Counted from the first letter of the stretch, positions 11,094-25,539 are shown. The stretch is 64,000 nucleotides of DNA from an uncultured Gammaproteobacteria bacterium (GCA_963819835.1 CAWFXR010000004.1:86443-150442); one strand, 5' to 3'. Numbers and translations are program-made. Notes: a model not told the origin generated them from the sequence alone.

Positions 11094-11825
11094 ATGATTA
11101 CCAATTCCGCTTCCGGCACCAACGTCCACGAGATCGCCAACGGTATCTATCGGATCAACACCCCCGTCGTTCTGCCCGGCGGGGCCAACGCATTCAATTT
11201 CAACCAGTACCTGGTCGCGGACGACGAACCGCTGCTGTTCCACACCGGGCCGCGGCGGATGTTTGCGCTGGTCAGCGAAGCAGTGGGCAGGGTGCTGCCC
11301 GTCCAGGGCCTGCGTTACCTCGCCTTTTCGCATTTCGAGGCGGACGAGTGCGGCTCGCTGAACGACTTCCTGGCAGTGGCACCTCACGCCGTGCCGGTCT
11401 GCAGCCGGGTCGCGGCCATGGTGTCGGTGGACGACGTGGCCGACCGGGCCGCGCGGCCGCTGGCCGACGGGGAAGTCCTGAAGCTCGGACAGCACGAATT
11501 GCGCTGGTTCGATACGCCCCACCTGCCACACGCATGGGAGTGCGGGCTGATGATGGAACTGCGCACCGGCACCTTCTTCTGCGGCGACCTGTTCACACAG
11601 GGCGGCACGGGGGAAACGGCCATCACCGAGTCCGACATCCTCGGACCCAGCGAGGCGTTCCGCGGCCAGATGGATTACTACGCGCATTCGCCCGACACGG
11701 GGTCGATGCTCGAGCGCTTCGCCGTGGAGAGTCCGCAAGTGCTCGCCTGCATGCACGGCAGCGCCTGGCGTGGCGACGGGGCCGCGCTGCTGCGCGAGCT
11801 CGCGAAGTCGCTTGGCGCGGCTTGA
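11094..11825 (+). CDS. MBL-fold metallo-hydrolase / ODP-like protein
   Basis: 243 aa with an SHFEADECG metal-site-like motif. AGGGGGA lies before the ATG. Confidence 0.7.
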   Translation: MITNSASGTNVHEIANGIYRINTPVVLPGGANAFNFNQYLVADDEPLLFHTGPRRMFALVSEAVGRVLPVQGLRYLAFSHFEADECGSLNDFLAVAPHAVPVCSRVAAMVSVDDVADRAARPLADGEVLKLGQHELRWFDTPHLPHAWECGLMMELRTGTFFCGDLFTQGGTGETAITESDILGPSEAFRGQMDYYAHSPDTGSMLERFAVESPQVLACMHGSAWRGDGAALLRELAKSLGAA

Positions 11826-12368
11826 TGCCCGGGTCGGACGTCACGACAATGCGTGCATCGCATCAACGAACTCATGTGATCCGCGGCCTGCATCACAGTG
11901 CCTATCGCTGCCGCGACTCGGAGCAGACGCGTGCGTTCTACGAGGACTTTCTCGGGCTGCCGCTCGCCGGAACGCTGGAGATCTCGGAGACGAAGAGCGG
12001 CCGCGCGACCGAGACGCTGCACACCTTCTACGAGCTCGGTGACGGGTCCTACCTGGCTTTCTTCGAAGCGCCGGACATGCCGTTCGAGTTCAAGGCGCAG
12101 CACGATTTCGACCTGCACATCGCACTCGAAGTCGACGCAGGCACGCTCGGAGACATGCTTGCCCGCGGCAAGGCAGCCGGGCATCGAGACGCGGGGCGTC
12201 TCGGACCACGGATTCATTCATTCCATCTATTTCCGCGATCCGAACGGCTACGTGATCGAGCTGACCGCGAAGACTCCCGGGCACGATCGTGCGATGGACC
12301 CTTCGGCCAATGGCGCACGGGAGAAGCTCGATCGCTGGACCAGGGGCCGCCTCAGAACTTCATCGTGA
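11825..12368 (+). pseudogene. VOC/glyoxalase-family protein, frame-disrupted
   Basis: The N-terminal half lies in one frame (HHSAYRCRDSEQTRAFYEDFLGLPL...). The conserved C-terminal half (GIETRGVSDHGFIHSIYFRDPNGYVIELT) lies in a second frame. The switch is at a GGG run at 12179-12182, consistent with one extra base. Confidence 0.7.
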
Positions 12369-14691
12369 CCCCCACGTAGATCGAACGGCCCTGGCCCGGA
12401 ACCGGCGTGCCCCACTGCGGTTGGTTCGGAAGCGGCGGAACGGTCATCGTGGTCCCCTGGCCGACATAGGCGCCGCCCAGCGGCAGATCGTAGAACCGGT
12501 CGAACAGGTTTTCGATGCCGAGATCGGCGCTCCAGTGGTCACGCTCATAGCGGCTGCGCAGGTGAACGAGGCCATAGCCCGGTGTCTGCATTTCGTTGCG
12601 CACATCGGATACGTCCTCCTTCGCGGCAACGAACTCGCCTTCGACCGTGTTATGCCACGAGCCGATGTCCTGCGTGAGCGCCAGGTTGGCGTTGAGCGGC
12701 ATGATGTTGTAGAGATCGTCGCCGGTGTCGTCGTTCCTGCCCCGCGTGTAGCTCGCCACCAGTCGGGTCGAGAAACTGCCGTAGCGCGTGACGCCGGTCA
12801 GCTGGTAGTCCGCCGCGAGGTCCGCGCCGTAGAGGTGGGCGGACTGGTTCACGTACTTGAGCACGGTGAAATTGTCTACTACGGGCACCGTGCGCGGTGC
12901 GTTGGTCGCCGCGTCCCACTGCACCGCATCGACGTAGTCATGCACGTCAGTGTAGTAAGGCGTCAGCTTGACAGCCCATTGCTCCGAACTGGCGTCGTGC
13001 CAGTCAGCGCTCAGGCTCACGGTGCGAGCCACCTCGGGTTCCAGGTTCACGTTGCCCACGTAGCCATTGCCGTCGCCCACGAGGTTGTTCATGAACGCCG
13101 CCATCTGCCAGGTGGACCAGGTGTAGCGCTCGTACAGGTTGGGCGAGCGCGTCTTCTGCGCGAGGCCGATCTCATAGCCCTGCGTCGCCGCCGGCGTAAA
13201 GCGCGCAATCCAGGACAGGTCCCAGTTATTGTCGGCCTTGCCGCGTTGCTCGGAATTGAAAAGCGCCGCATCCCGCGTCTGGTTGCCCATGCCGCCCACG
13301 CCGCTGGTCGGATACGTGTCGAGGTTGTAACCGTGGACCTGGCCGGCATCCATGTCCACGCCCTCGAATCGCGCGCCGAGAATCTGCATCCAGCGACCCT
13401 TGCTGATCTCCCATTCTCCGTAGGCAGCATATCGATCGCGCTGACCGTCGTTCACGTTCAGGAACTCGTAGGGCCACATGCCCGCACCGGAGGGAGGCCA
13501 CCAGTCATCCAGTCGATATTGCCGATACTCGCCGCCGACGCGCAGCAGGCTTTGTCCAGCCAGCGGAATCGCTGCGCTGACGGTGACTCCAGCGTTCTTG
13601 CCGTCGGTCTTCATCGGCATGCCGGCAGCGCAACCGACCATCTGGCCGTTCACCATCGTCGTGCCGGAGATCGGCGAACAGGGCGAGCCATCGACCGCCG
13701 TGTCCCCACCGGAGCCGGCAGGTGGCGCCCCGGGGCCGTACCAGTAGCGCTTGTCATCACCGAAATCCATCTCGTGCTTCGTGTGCTGGTAGTAAGCACG
13801 AGCCCGCACGGTTCCCCAACCCAGGCTGCCGGTATAGGCCAGGTTGAACTGGTCGCTGCGGTTGTCGGTCATGTCCATGCGCTGGTTCGGGTAGCCCTCG
13901 TACGGGATGTCCTGGAACCCGTAGGTGAAGTTCAGCAGGTGCCCACCGCCCCGCCAGGCAAGCCGGACGGCCTGGTTGGTGGATTCAAAGGCTGTGGAGC
14001 CAACTTCGTCCGTCGGCAGCGTGTGGCCCGACCGACCGGTGAACGTGTAGTCCTTGAAATCGTCGCCGGCCTTGTAGTTGTCGGATTGCGTGTAGGCGCC
14101 GGTGTAGCCGAGGCTCGCACTCTCGGTGGCGAAGGTGCCCGAGAGGTTCCCTCCCCAACCGTCGCCATTGCTGCGATAGAACGCGCCCGCATTCCCCTCC
14201 ACGAGATGCTCGCCCGACTTCGCGAATGCCGGGTCCGCCGAACGCACCACGATGCTGCCGCCAATGCTGTCGCCGCCCACGCTGACCGGCGTAACACCTG
14301 CATAGACGTCGATGCCCGCCACGGCCGTGGGATCGATGTAGGACAGCGGCGAGTTCATGTGATTGGGACAGGCGGCCACGATGTCCATGCCGTCCACGCT
14401 CGTGCGCAGGCGATCGTCCGCCAGTCCGCGGATGACCGGCAGGCCGGAGACACCTCCAGCTCCATAGACGCTGACGCCGGGAATGCCGGTGAGCAGGCTC
14501 GCCGTGTCGCTGGTGCGCGCGAGCTTGCGGGCAATCGCGGCACTGCCCAGGTCAGTCGCACCGAGGCCGGGCGTGAGAATCCGGCGGGCCGTGACGAGGA
14601 CTTCCTCGAGCGCGGGGTTATCCTCCGCTGCTACGCCCCGAGCAGCGCATAAGGCAAGAATGACGGCGAATGTGATCTGGCGAGGTCGCAT
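12352..14691 (-). CDS. TonB-dependent outer-membrane receptor, OprC/NosA-like (predicted copper)
   Basis: 779 aa from MRPRQITF. Signal peptide, plug domain and terminal Phe. CPNHM (CxxxM) and HEM (HxM) motifs are arranged as in the published OprC Cu site. Confidence 0.85.
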   Translation of the reverse strand: MRPRQITFAVILALCAARGVAAEDNPALEEVLVTARRILTPGLGATDLGSAAIARKLARTSDTASLLTGIPGVSVYGAGGVSGLPVIRGLADDRLRTSVDGMDIVAACPNHMNSPLSYIDPTAVAGIDVYAGVTPVSVGGDSIGGSIVVRSADPAFAKSGEHLVEGNAGAFYRSNGDGWGGNLSGTFATESASLGYTGAYTQSDNYKAGDDFKDYTFTGRSGHTLPTDEVGSTAFESTNQAVRLAWRGGGHLLNFTYGFQDIPYEGYPNQRMDMTDNRSDQFNLAYTGSLGWGTVRARAYYQHTKHEMDFGDDKRYWYGPGAPPAGSGGDTAVDGSPCSPISGTTMVNGQMVGCAAGMPMKTDGKNAGVTVSAAIPLAGQSLLRVGGEYRQYRLDDWWPPSGAGMWPYEFLNVNDGQRDRYAAYGEWEISKGRWMQILGARFEGVDMDAGQVHGYNLDTYPTSGVGGMGNQTRDAALFNSEQRGKADNNWDLSWIARFTPAATQGYEIGLAQKTRSPNLYERYTWSTWQMAAFMNNLVGDGNGYVGNVNLEPEVARTVSLSADWHDASSEQWAVKLTPYYTDVHDYVDAVQWDAATNAPRTVPVVDNFTVLKYVNQSAHLYGADLAADYQLTGVTRYGSFSTRLVASYTRGRNDDTGDDLYNIMPLNANLALTQDIGSWHNTVEGEFVAAKEDVSDVRNEMQTPGYGLVHLRSRYERDHWSADLGIENLFDRFYDLPLGGAYVGQGTTMTVPPLPNQPQWGTPVPGQGRSIYVGVTMKF

Positions 14692-14857
14692 GTCTTCAGA
14701 CTCCGGAATCAGGATGGATGTGCGAGTGAGTGCCGAGGCGCCGCCGACTGGCTCGCCACGCACGGTCCGACCTTCTTGCGGTTAGCCATCGGATGCGCAG
14801 CGAGGCGACCGCAGGGGCACCAGCGAAGGCACCCAGCGTCGAACGGGCGTTCGGGCC

Positions 14858-15265
14858 CTATGCGGGGAGGACGATCGGGGGAGGCGCCCTGGGTAACTGG
14901 GCGCGATGCTGGGTCCGGTGGACAAGGACCGGTTCCGACGGTGGCGGAACCGCTTCAGCCGTGGCCGGACCATCGAGTACCGGCAACGTGACCGGAGGGG
15001 GCGCGACCGTACCGGCGACCGCGAAGACGCACGGGGAGTTGTGGTGGTCGCGGCTGCCGGGCGCCTGACCATCGTCCCCTGCAGGCGACTGCGCTCCCTG
15101 CGGCAGCGGCCCGGCACCGTGGCACATCTGCATGGTAAGCGTGTGATCCGCACCCGTACCCGGCATGAAGCCCGGAGGTACCAGCACGCGGCACGCCAAC
15201 GCAGGCAGCAGCAGCAGTGCTACCCAGAGGCGCGTCCTGCGGCTTTGTGTCCAGCGGGTATCCAT
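14858..15265 (-). CDS. DUF2946-like small secreted Cys/His protein
   Basis: 135 aa from an internal ATG. Signal/TM segment, then PPGFMP, MQMCHG and SPCVF motifs. High GC3. Lies directly upstream of the TonB receptor. Confidence 0.55.
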   Translation of the reverse strand: MDTRWTQSRRTRLWVALLLLPALACRVLVPPGFMPGTGADHTLTMQMCHGAGPLPQGAQSPAGDDGQAPGSRDHHNSPCVFAVAGTVAPPPVTLPVLDGPATAEAVPPPSEPVLVHRTQHRAQLPRAPPPIVLPA

Positions 15266-15383
15266 GGAGTCTATGCCAGGGCGCGCAATTCGCGATCTGC
15301 GGTAATCCGCAACAGCATCGACTATCGGGCCGTGGACTACCGGGCGGGGACTGGCTCTCCGGCGCAGCGCGAAGACACGGACT

Positions 15384-16376
15384 TTACGCGGCTGATTCCG
15401 CCGGCGGCTGCGGATTCTCATCCATTTCCGAGAGCAGGAAGAATTCCCGGCCGAGCGCGTCGGTCACGGCGCCGAGCTGCGCCTGCATCTCGTCCAGGCC
15501 CTCGTGCAGGCCTCGGGCAATCAGATCGTCCGCAGTGTCCTCCGCCAGCGAAGCCGCGAGCTTGCGCAACAGGCTGGATGCGGTTCTCTTTGCCATGTGA
15601 CCGTACTTGAGCCGCAGCGCGTGCAGGTGCTCGTTCGCGACCAGCACGCTGGCGGCCACCGAGCGCGGGAATCGACTGTCGAATACGATGAAGTCGACAA
15701 CCCTGGCAGGCGACATGCTCTGCGGGTGCACCCGGCGGTATGCATGAAACCCGGCCGCCGAGCGCAGCACCGTGTTCCACTGGGCCTCGTCCGTCGGCGA
15801 GCCGACGTCGCTCGGCGCAGGCAGCAGCACCTGGTACTTGACGTCCACCAGCCGCGTCGTCTGGTCGGCGCGCTCGATGGCACGGCCGATCTGGTGGAAA
15901 TACCAGGACTCGTCGCGGTACAGCGTCTCGGCCGTGATGCCGCTGTGGGTCTGGCAGGATTCCTTGATGTAGCTGCAGAGGCGATTCAGGTCCTCGACCC
16001 GGAGATCGGCCTTTCGCAGCCGGCCGAGCCGGTTGTGGAACCCGTTCAGCTGCACCCACATTTCGGTCGAGATCAGCGGCCGCAGCGCACGGGCATTCTC
16101 GCGTGCCATGCGGATGCAGCTCCGCACCGAATTTACGTTCTGTTCGTCGAGCACGTAGAACTGGATGACTGCGTCCGCAGTCGGCCGACGACCTGTGTCG
16201 CGGAAGACCTGCTCGTCGCCGTACAGCCGCAGCACGGATTCCCAGTCGTGCTCACCACGGGCATTGCGGCTGAAAGTCTCGTTCACGTCGAGGATGCGCG
16301 CCGTGCTGTTGGCGCGCTCGACCTGCCTGGCGAGCCAGAAGATCGACTCGGCGTGCCTTGAGAGCAGGTTATTCAA
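15384..16376 (-). CDS. Alpha-E domain protein (COG2307/DUF403)
   Basis: 330 aa starting LSRHAESIFWLARQVERAN, the typical N-terminus of this family. The TTG start overlaps the upstream stop by 8 nt. Confidence 0.85.
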   Translation of the reverse strand: MNNLLSRHAESIFWLARQVERANSTARILDVNETFSRNARGEHDWESVLRLYGDEQVFRDTGRRPTADAVIQFYVLDEQNVNSVRSCIRMARENARALRPLISTEMWVQLNGFHNRLGRLRKADLRVEDLNRLCSYIKESCQTHSGITAETLYRDESWYFHQIGRAIERADQTTRLVDVKYQVLLPAPSDVGSPTDEAQWNTVLRSAAGFHAYRRVHPQSMSPARVVDFIVFDSRFPRSVAASVLVANEHLHALRLKYGHMAKRTASSLLRKLAASLAEDTADDLIARGLHEGLDEMQAQLGAVTDALGREFFLLSEMDENPQPPAESAA

Positions 16377-17820
16377 GGACCCAGGTATCCTTCGATCCGC
16401 CGCCCTGCGAGGAGTTCACCACCAGCGAGCCCTTGCGCAGGGCCACTCGACTGAGGCCGCCGGGCAGCACCCAGGTCGACCGGCCCGTGACCGCAAACGG
16501 CCGCAGGTCCACGTGCCGCGGCTCGATGCCGCTGCGGGTGACCGTCGGGCACACCGACAGCTGTACGACCGGCTGGCTGATGTAATTGGCAGGCGCCGCC
16601 CGTAGCCTGCGCCGGAATTCCGCGATCGCCTTGCGGCCCGCGTGCGGCCCGATCAGGATCCCGTAGCCGCCCGATTCGCCTACCGGCTTGACCACCAGGT
16701 TCTCGAGGTTCGCCAGCGTGAACTCGAGGCCGGCGTCCTCGCGGCAGATGTGCGTTTCCACATTGGGCAGGATCGGTTCCTCGTCCAGGTAGTACTTCAC
16801 GATCCGCGGCAGGTAGGCGTAGACGGCCTTGTCGTCCGCGATCCCGGTACCGACCGCGTTCGCCAGCACGACGTTGCCGGCCCGGTATGCACGCATCAGC
16901 CCGCGCACGCCGAGCATGCTCTGCGGATTGAATTCCTCGGGATCGATGAAGTCGTCGTCGATGCGGCGATAGATCACGTTGACCCGGCTCAGGCCGCCCG
17001 TGGTCCTCATGAACACGCGGTCGTCGCGCACCACCAGGTCGCGTCCCTCCGCCAGCGGCACGCCCATCTCGCGGGCCAGGAAGACGTGCTCGAAATAGGC
17101 GGAGTTGTAGACGCCGGGCGACAGCAGCACCACCGAGGGATCGCCGTCGATCCGCGCCGCGAGCTCCGTCAGCTTGCCGACCAGCCGCTGCCCGTAGTTG
17201 GACACCGAGCGCACGCCGATGTTGCGCATCAGGTCGGGGAAGGCGCGTTGCGTCAGGTGCCGGTTCTCGACCACGTACGAGACGCCCGACGGGGTGCGCG
17301 CGTTGTCCTCGAGCACGTAGAACTTGCCGTCACCACCGCGGACGATGTCGACGCCGCAGATGTTGACGTAGCTGCCGAACGGCACCTTGAGGTCCTGCAT
17401 CTGCGGCCGGTAGTTCGCGTTGCCGAGCACGAGATCCGCCGGCACGACCTTGTCCTTGAGGATCTTCTGTCCGTGGTAGACGTCGTTGATGAAGCAGTTG
17501 AGGGCGGTCACGCGCTGGACGACGCCGCGCTCGATCGTGTCCCACTCGCCAGCCGACAGCACCCGCGGAATGACGTCGAATGGCAGGATACGGTCGATCT
17601 GCTCGCGGCTGGTGTAGACCGTGAACGTGACGCCGAGGTTGTAGAGTTCGCGCTCGGCGGCCTGCGCGCGGCGCCTGAGCTCCGCGAGGCTCAGTCCGTC
17701 GAGGCGTTCGCGTACTGTTTGCGTGTGCGCGGGCGGGTGTTTGCCGTCGCCGAACAGCTCGCAGTAGAAACCGCCCGAGTCATAGCCTTCGAGCAATCCC
17801 GCGGTTCGCCGCTCCGTCAT
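16369..17820 (-). CDS. Circularly permuted type-2 ATP-grasp protein (COG2308)
   Basis: 483 aa. ATGA overlap with the upstream transglutaminase gene. Confidence 0.85.
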   Translation of the reverse strand: MTERRTAGLLEGYDSGGFYCELFGDGKHPPAHTQTVRERLDGLSLAELRRRAQAAERELYNLGVTFTVYTSREQIDRILPFDVIPRVLSAGEWDTIERGVVQRVTALNCFINDVYHGQKILKDKVVPADLVLGNANYRPQMQDLKVPFGSYVNICGVDIVRGGDGKFYVLEDNARTPSGVSYVVENRHLTQRAFPDLMRNIGVRSVSNYGQRLVGKLTELAARIDGDPSVVLLSPGVYNSAYFEHVFLAREMGVPLAEGRDLVVRDDRVFMRTTGGLSRVNVIYRRIDDDFIDPEEFNPQSMLGVRGLMRAYRAGNVVLANAVGTGIADDKAVYAYLPRIVKYYLDEEPILPNVETHICREDAGLEFTLANLENLVVKPVGESGGYGILIGPHAGRKAIAEFRRRLRAAPANYISQPVVQLSVCPTVTRSGIEPRHVDLRPFAVTGRSTWVLPGGLSRVALRKGSLVVNSSQGGGSKDTWVLE

Positions 17821-18722
17821 GCGCCTGGAGGTCCCTTGCTCGCCGGGAACGTGGTCGGGATCACGTCCACCGCCACCTCGATGATGTGCTCGCCACCGCC
17901 GAAGATTACCCCATTGACTGGACTGATGTCCCCGTAGTCCCGGCCCCAGGCGAGCGTGACGTGTTCGTCGCCCGCGATCGTGTCGTTGGTCGGGTCAAGG
18001 TCCACCCAGCCGGCTTCCTGGCACCAGACCGAGACCCATGCGTGCGAGGCATCGCTGCCAACCAGCTTTTCCTTTCCCGGCGGCGGGCGCGTGAGCAGGT
18101 AGCCACTCACGTAGCGCGCTGGCAAGGCGAGCGCACGCAGGCATGCGAGCTGCAGGTGCGCAAAGTCCTGGCACACGCCGCGTCGCAACCTGAACACTTC
18201 CTCCACCGGCGTCGACACGCTGGTCGTCCCGCTCTTGTAGCTGAAGTCGGTGTGAATGCGCCGCGTCAGGTCGAGCGCCGCCTCCATGACCGGCCGTCCG
18301 GGCGGGAACGAGTCACGCGCGTAGGCGGCGAGCTCTGCACTCGCCCGCGCATACGGTGAATCGAAGGCGAACTGCAGGATGGCGAGATTCCCGGCGGCAG
18401 TGTCCTGCCCAAGGTGGCGGAATACGCGGTCCCATGCCATCGTCTGCGACGGCGCCGTGCGGCGGGGCGCCGACACGTCGACTCGTGAGTTCGCCTTGAT
18501 GACCAGCTCCTCGTGCTGCTGCTGGATGGTGGCGAACGTGACGAGATTTCCATAATAGTCCACGGCATCGTTACGCACAGCGGGGCCAGGCTCGATCTCG
18601 ATCGTCGCGCCGTAGACGAGCTGGCCGTCGCAGGCGCGCGGCGCCAGGTGCAGCACGTGGTGCGAGATCGATACCGGCTGGCTGTAGCGATAGGTAGTGC
18701 GATGGCGAACGTCGTACTGCAT
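17817..18722 (-). CDS. Transglutaminase-family protein (Bact_transglu_N + core)
   Basis: 301 aa. MQYDVRHRTTYRYSQPVS N-terminal domain; Cys-His-Asp core context (GVCQDFAHL ... HAWV ... DPTN). Confidence 0.85.
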   Translation of the reverse strand: MQYDVRHRTTYRYSQPVSISHHVLHLAPRACDGQLVYGATIEIEPGPAVRNDAVDYYGNLVTFATIQQQHEELVIKANSRVDVSAPRRTAPSQTMAWDRVFRHLGQDTAAGNLAILQFAFDSPYARASAELAAYARDSFPPGRPVMEAALDLTRRIHTDFSYKSGTTSVSTPVEEVFRLRRGVCQDFAHLQLACLRALALPARYVSGYLLTRPPPGKEKLVGSDASHAWVSVWCQEAGWVDLDPTNDTIAGDEHVTLAWGRDYGDISPVNGVIFGGGEHIIEVAVDVIPTTFPASKGPPGA

Positions 18723-18725
18723 GGC

Positions 18726-21306
18726 TCAGCGCGGTGCACCGCCGGCGACAATCACGGAATGGACCGCGTCCGCGTGGCTGAAATAGCTGCGGGTGATGCT
18801 TATCGTCAGGGCCTTCAGGTCCGTGGCGATACGACTGATCAGCGCCTGGAGGTCGGGACGATCACCGAGGCGGCCGCGGCGGCACAGGCTGGTGATGTCG
18901 GCCGTGCGCAGCGCCTCGAGCATCCCGGCGACGATCTGCTGCTCGTTGCCGAGGTCCGCCCGCGCAGGATCCCGCGGCAGCGCTCCGAGGTGCTCGGCTA
19001 GAGCCTCGAGCTGGAATGCCACCGAGCGCGGGTTCGTCTCGTCCAGCAACAGCAGGTCGAGCACCGGTGCGAGCTGCGGCGTGAGCAGGTAGCGCGAGCG
19101 GTAGGTCATGAAGCTGTCCGCGATCTCGAGCAGCAGTATCAGGCTGCCGTCGTCCTCCGGATCACCGGCGTCGAGCAGGCTCTCGAGCAGCGCGCTGGTC
19201 TGCACGCTGCGCTCGATGCGCCGGCCCATTTCGAGGAAGTGCCAGCCGAAGCTGCGCGTCATGTTCTCGTTGGCCATGCCGCTGAATGCGGCCAGGCGCT
19301 GGATGCCCAGGTCGAGCGGACCCAGCACGCTGCCGATCCCGGCGCGGCGCGGCGGCGCCACGAGGCTGGGTCGCCGGGCAAAATCGTCGGGCTGCAGTCC
19401 CCGCAGGATTCGCCACGAGTCAACCGACAGCCGGTCCCGCGTCAGCGAGGCCGTGCGACCGAGGTCGCGCACCGTGCGTCGCAATCCATACGCGCGGTCG
19501 GCATCGAATACCAGCTCGCCGAGCCGACGGTCCAGTTCGACGCGCGGGTCGCCCACGGGCTCGTCGTCTCCGCGCCGCGATACCCGCCTTTGCGAACGTG
19601 GCCCGCAGCACGCGATCGATCGCCAGCAGGTCTTCGGTCGGGCGTTCGTCGTCGACCAGGCGCAGCGCCGAACTGCGGACCTGGCGCATGATCGCTTCGG
19701 CGCGTTCCGCGTAGCTGCCGAGCCAGAAAAGGTTGTCCGCAGTACGGCTCGGCAGTTCGCGACCGGTCCGCCGCAGCTCCACCGCTCCCGACCGGGTCCG
19801 GCGGATCGTCGCAGAACCCGCCGGCCCGTCCGACAGCACCCAGGTGTCCTTGCCGTCGCCGAACCGGCCGAAATCGAAGGCCTGCCCGGGATGCGGCGGA
19901 CAGAGTCGTGCCAGCCCGCCCGGCATCACCACGTATCCAGCCGCATCGACCGCGACAAACACCCGCAGCGCGAACGGCACCGGCCGCAGGCCCTGCGGAC
20001 CGAGCGTAGGCACGGTGGACAGGACCATGGGCTCGCGGGCCAGGTACGCGAAGCCCCGCTGCTCGATCGCTGCGCGGGGACCGCCTACCTGCCAGGCCTC
20101 GGGACCGTCGGGATTCTGTGTACCAGGCTCGCTGGCACCGCGGCTGAAGATATCCCTCGTCTCGAGATAATCAAGGTTGCCGAGCACGTAGGCACGCGCT
20201 TCGTCCTGGCCGCACCACCACGTCGCCAGCGATGGCAGTTGCAGTTGCTCCTGCAGCAGGCGCTCGCAGAGCCCCGGCAGGAACGGCATCAGGCTCTCGG
20301 TATCCGCGAGCCCGCTGCCGAGTGCATTGACGACCGTGACCGTACCGGCGCGCACCGCTTCGACCAGGCCCGGCACACCGTGCGGCGAGTCGCTGCGCAG
20401 TTCGAGTGGATCGCAGGAGTCCGCTTCGACGCGCCGGATGATCACGTCCACCGGTCGCAGGCCCTCGAGTGTCTTCAGGTAAACGCGATTGTCGCGAACG
20501 GTCAGGTCCGCGCCTTCCGCGAGAACATACCCCTGGTAGCGGGCAAGGTAGGAATGCGCGAAGTAGCCGGCCGCCGTGGGCCCGGAACTCAGCACCACGA
20601 TGCGCGGATCAGGCTTGCCCGCGAGCGCACAGTGGCCTTCGTGGACGGCCTGGAAGAAACCGGCCAGTTGCTGCACGCGGTTACCAGTGAACTCGTCGGG
20701 CAGGCAGTTGCGAAGCGCAATGCGGTTTTCGAGTGCGTAGCCGCCGCCGACCGGGGACTCGCAGCGGTCCTTCAGCACCCACCAGCTGCCATCGGCTGCA
20801 CGCCCGACGTCCGCGGCGTAGTAGTGCAGGCGGCGGCCGCCGCTCACCGGCACCCCGTGGCACGGCCGGAGGAACTGCGGATTGCCGAGCATGATTGCTG
20901 GCGGCAGATACCCGTCCAGCATCAGGCGCTGCTCGCCGTAACAATCGGAAAGCACCGCATCGAGCAACCGGGCGCGCTGGACCAGGCCACTCTCGAGCCG
21001 ACGCCAGTCCGCGGCCGAAATCAGCAGCGGCAGTGCGTCCAGTCGCCACGGCCGCTCGGTCGCGCCGCCGTCCGCGAAAATATTGTGGGTCAGCCCGTTC
21101 TCGTAAAGGATCCGCTCGACCCGCTTCCAGCGCGCGTCCATGTCGGCCGGACTCAGCGTCCGCAGCGCGCCGACCAGCTTCTCCCAATGCGGTCGCAACT
21201 GGCCGTCGGCGGTCTTCATTTCGTCGAAGACACCCCGCAACGGCTGGTAGGCGTCGAACATCGCCGCCAGCGTCGGATTGTCGGATCCCGGCAGCGGCCC
21301 AGTCAT
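18726..21306 (-). pseudogene. Fused circularly permuted ATP-grasp + alpha-E protein, one frame disruption
   Basis: ORF 19420-21315 carries the ATP-grasp part plus the start of alpha-E (ADNLFWLGSYAERAE). ORF 18726-19556 carries the rest of alpha-E in another frame. The frame switch lies somewhere in 19573-19595. ATG at 21306; TTG at 21315 is also possible. Confidence 0.75.
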
Positions 21307-21311
21307 CGAAT

Positions 21312-24655
<3,344 letters not shown>

Positions 24656-24891
24656 CTGCTCGATCACCCGGAAACGATCGGTCGTGGTCTGCCGCGCAGG
24701 ACGCAACAGGCGTCGGCACGACGCTGATCCATGTTATCTCACGAACGCCGAGGCGCGGCGGAAGCCTGCCAGGCTCCCGCGAAACTCACGCCTGACCTCG
24801 CGGTGGGCTGAACCGCTGCCCACAGGCTGCATTCCGGCGAAACCGGATACGGATTTGCCGGTGGCCTTGTGGCGGCCAGGGGGCCGGACCG

Positions 24892-24897
24892 TATAAT
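24892..24897 (+). promoter_or_regulatory. Candidate -10 box (perfect TATAAT) for the lipoprotein gene
   Basis: TATAAT lies 37 nt upstream of the ATG at 24934, in a GC-rich context. The only -35 candidate is weak (TTGTGG, 19 nt upstream). Confidence 0.3.
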
Positions 24898-24933
24898 TCT
24901 CCTTTATTCCCCAACCAGCGACGGAAAGCGACC

Positions 24934-25539
24934 ATGAGAAACCACGTCTCCCACCGGCTGATCGTCATTGCGTCGATGGCGCTGCTGCCTGCGGCGACCC
25001 TCACAATGACCGGCTGCGCCAGCACCGAAGGCGTCGAGCAGGAGCAGGTCTACAAGGCGAAGGACGGATTCGCCGTCGTCGATACGTTCACCTACGTGGC
25101 GACCGTGACTGCGATCGACACTGCGAAGCGCAAGGTGACCCTCACCACGCCGGACGGCCACGCGGCAACCTTCAAGGCCGCCAAGGGCGTGGACCTCGGC
25201 GCATACAAGGTCGGCGAGCAGATCGGGTTCCAGGCCACCGAGGCCATGGCACTCGTCATCCGCAAGGACGGCCCGCCCCCCGCCGGAGCGGCCGCCATCG
25301 AGCTCGCCGCGGCGACCAATGGCAAGACGACCGGTGTGTTCGAAGGCGAGGCCTACGAGGTTTCGGCCAAGGTCGTCGCGATCGACACCAGCACGCGGCG
25401 GGTAACCTTCCAGCTGGACGACGGCACCACGAAGACAATGAAGGCGCACAAGAATGCCGACCTGTCGAAGATCGCAGTCGGCGACACCGTGGTGGTGGAG
25501 TATGCCGAATCGCTGATAATCGCGACCTCAAACTCGTAA
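24934..25539 (+). CDS. Hypothetical lipoprotein with an internal duplication
   Basis: Signal peptide plus TGC lipobox-like site. Two similar ~70 aa halves (V.AID...R.VT....DG). Confidence 0.65.
   Translation: MRNHVSHRLIVIASMALLPAATLTMTGCASTEGVEQEQVYKAKDGFAVVDTFTYVATVTAIDTAKRKVTLTTPDGHAATFKAAKGVDLGAYKVGEQIGFQATEAMALVIRKDGPPPAGAAAIELAAATNGKTTGVFEGEAYEVSAKVVAIDTSTRRVTFQLDDGTTKTMKAHKNADLSKIAVGDTVVVEYAESLIIATSNS

Noticed and set aside
10811-12379. 522 aa plus-strand ORF spanning the MBL-fold gene region and the VOC gene.
   Set aside because: Only its last part (from 11825) matches a real protein, the N-terminal half of the VOC protein. The rest is an out-of-frame read-through across the 11094-11825 gene and the upstream spacer.
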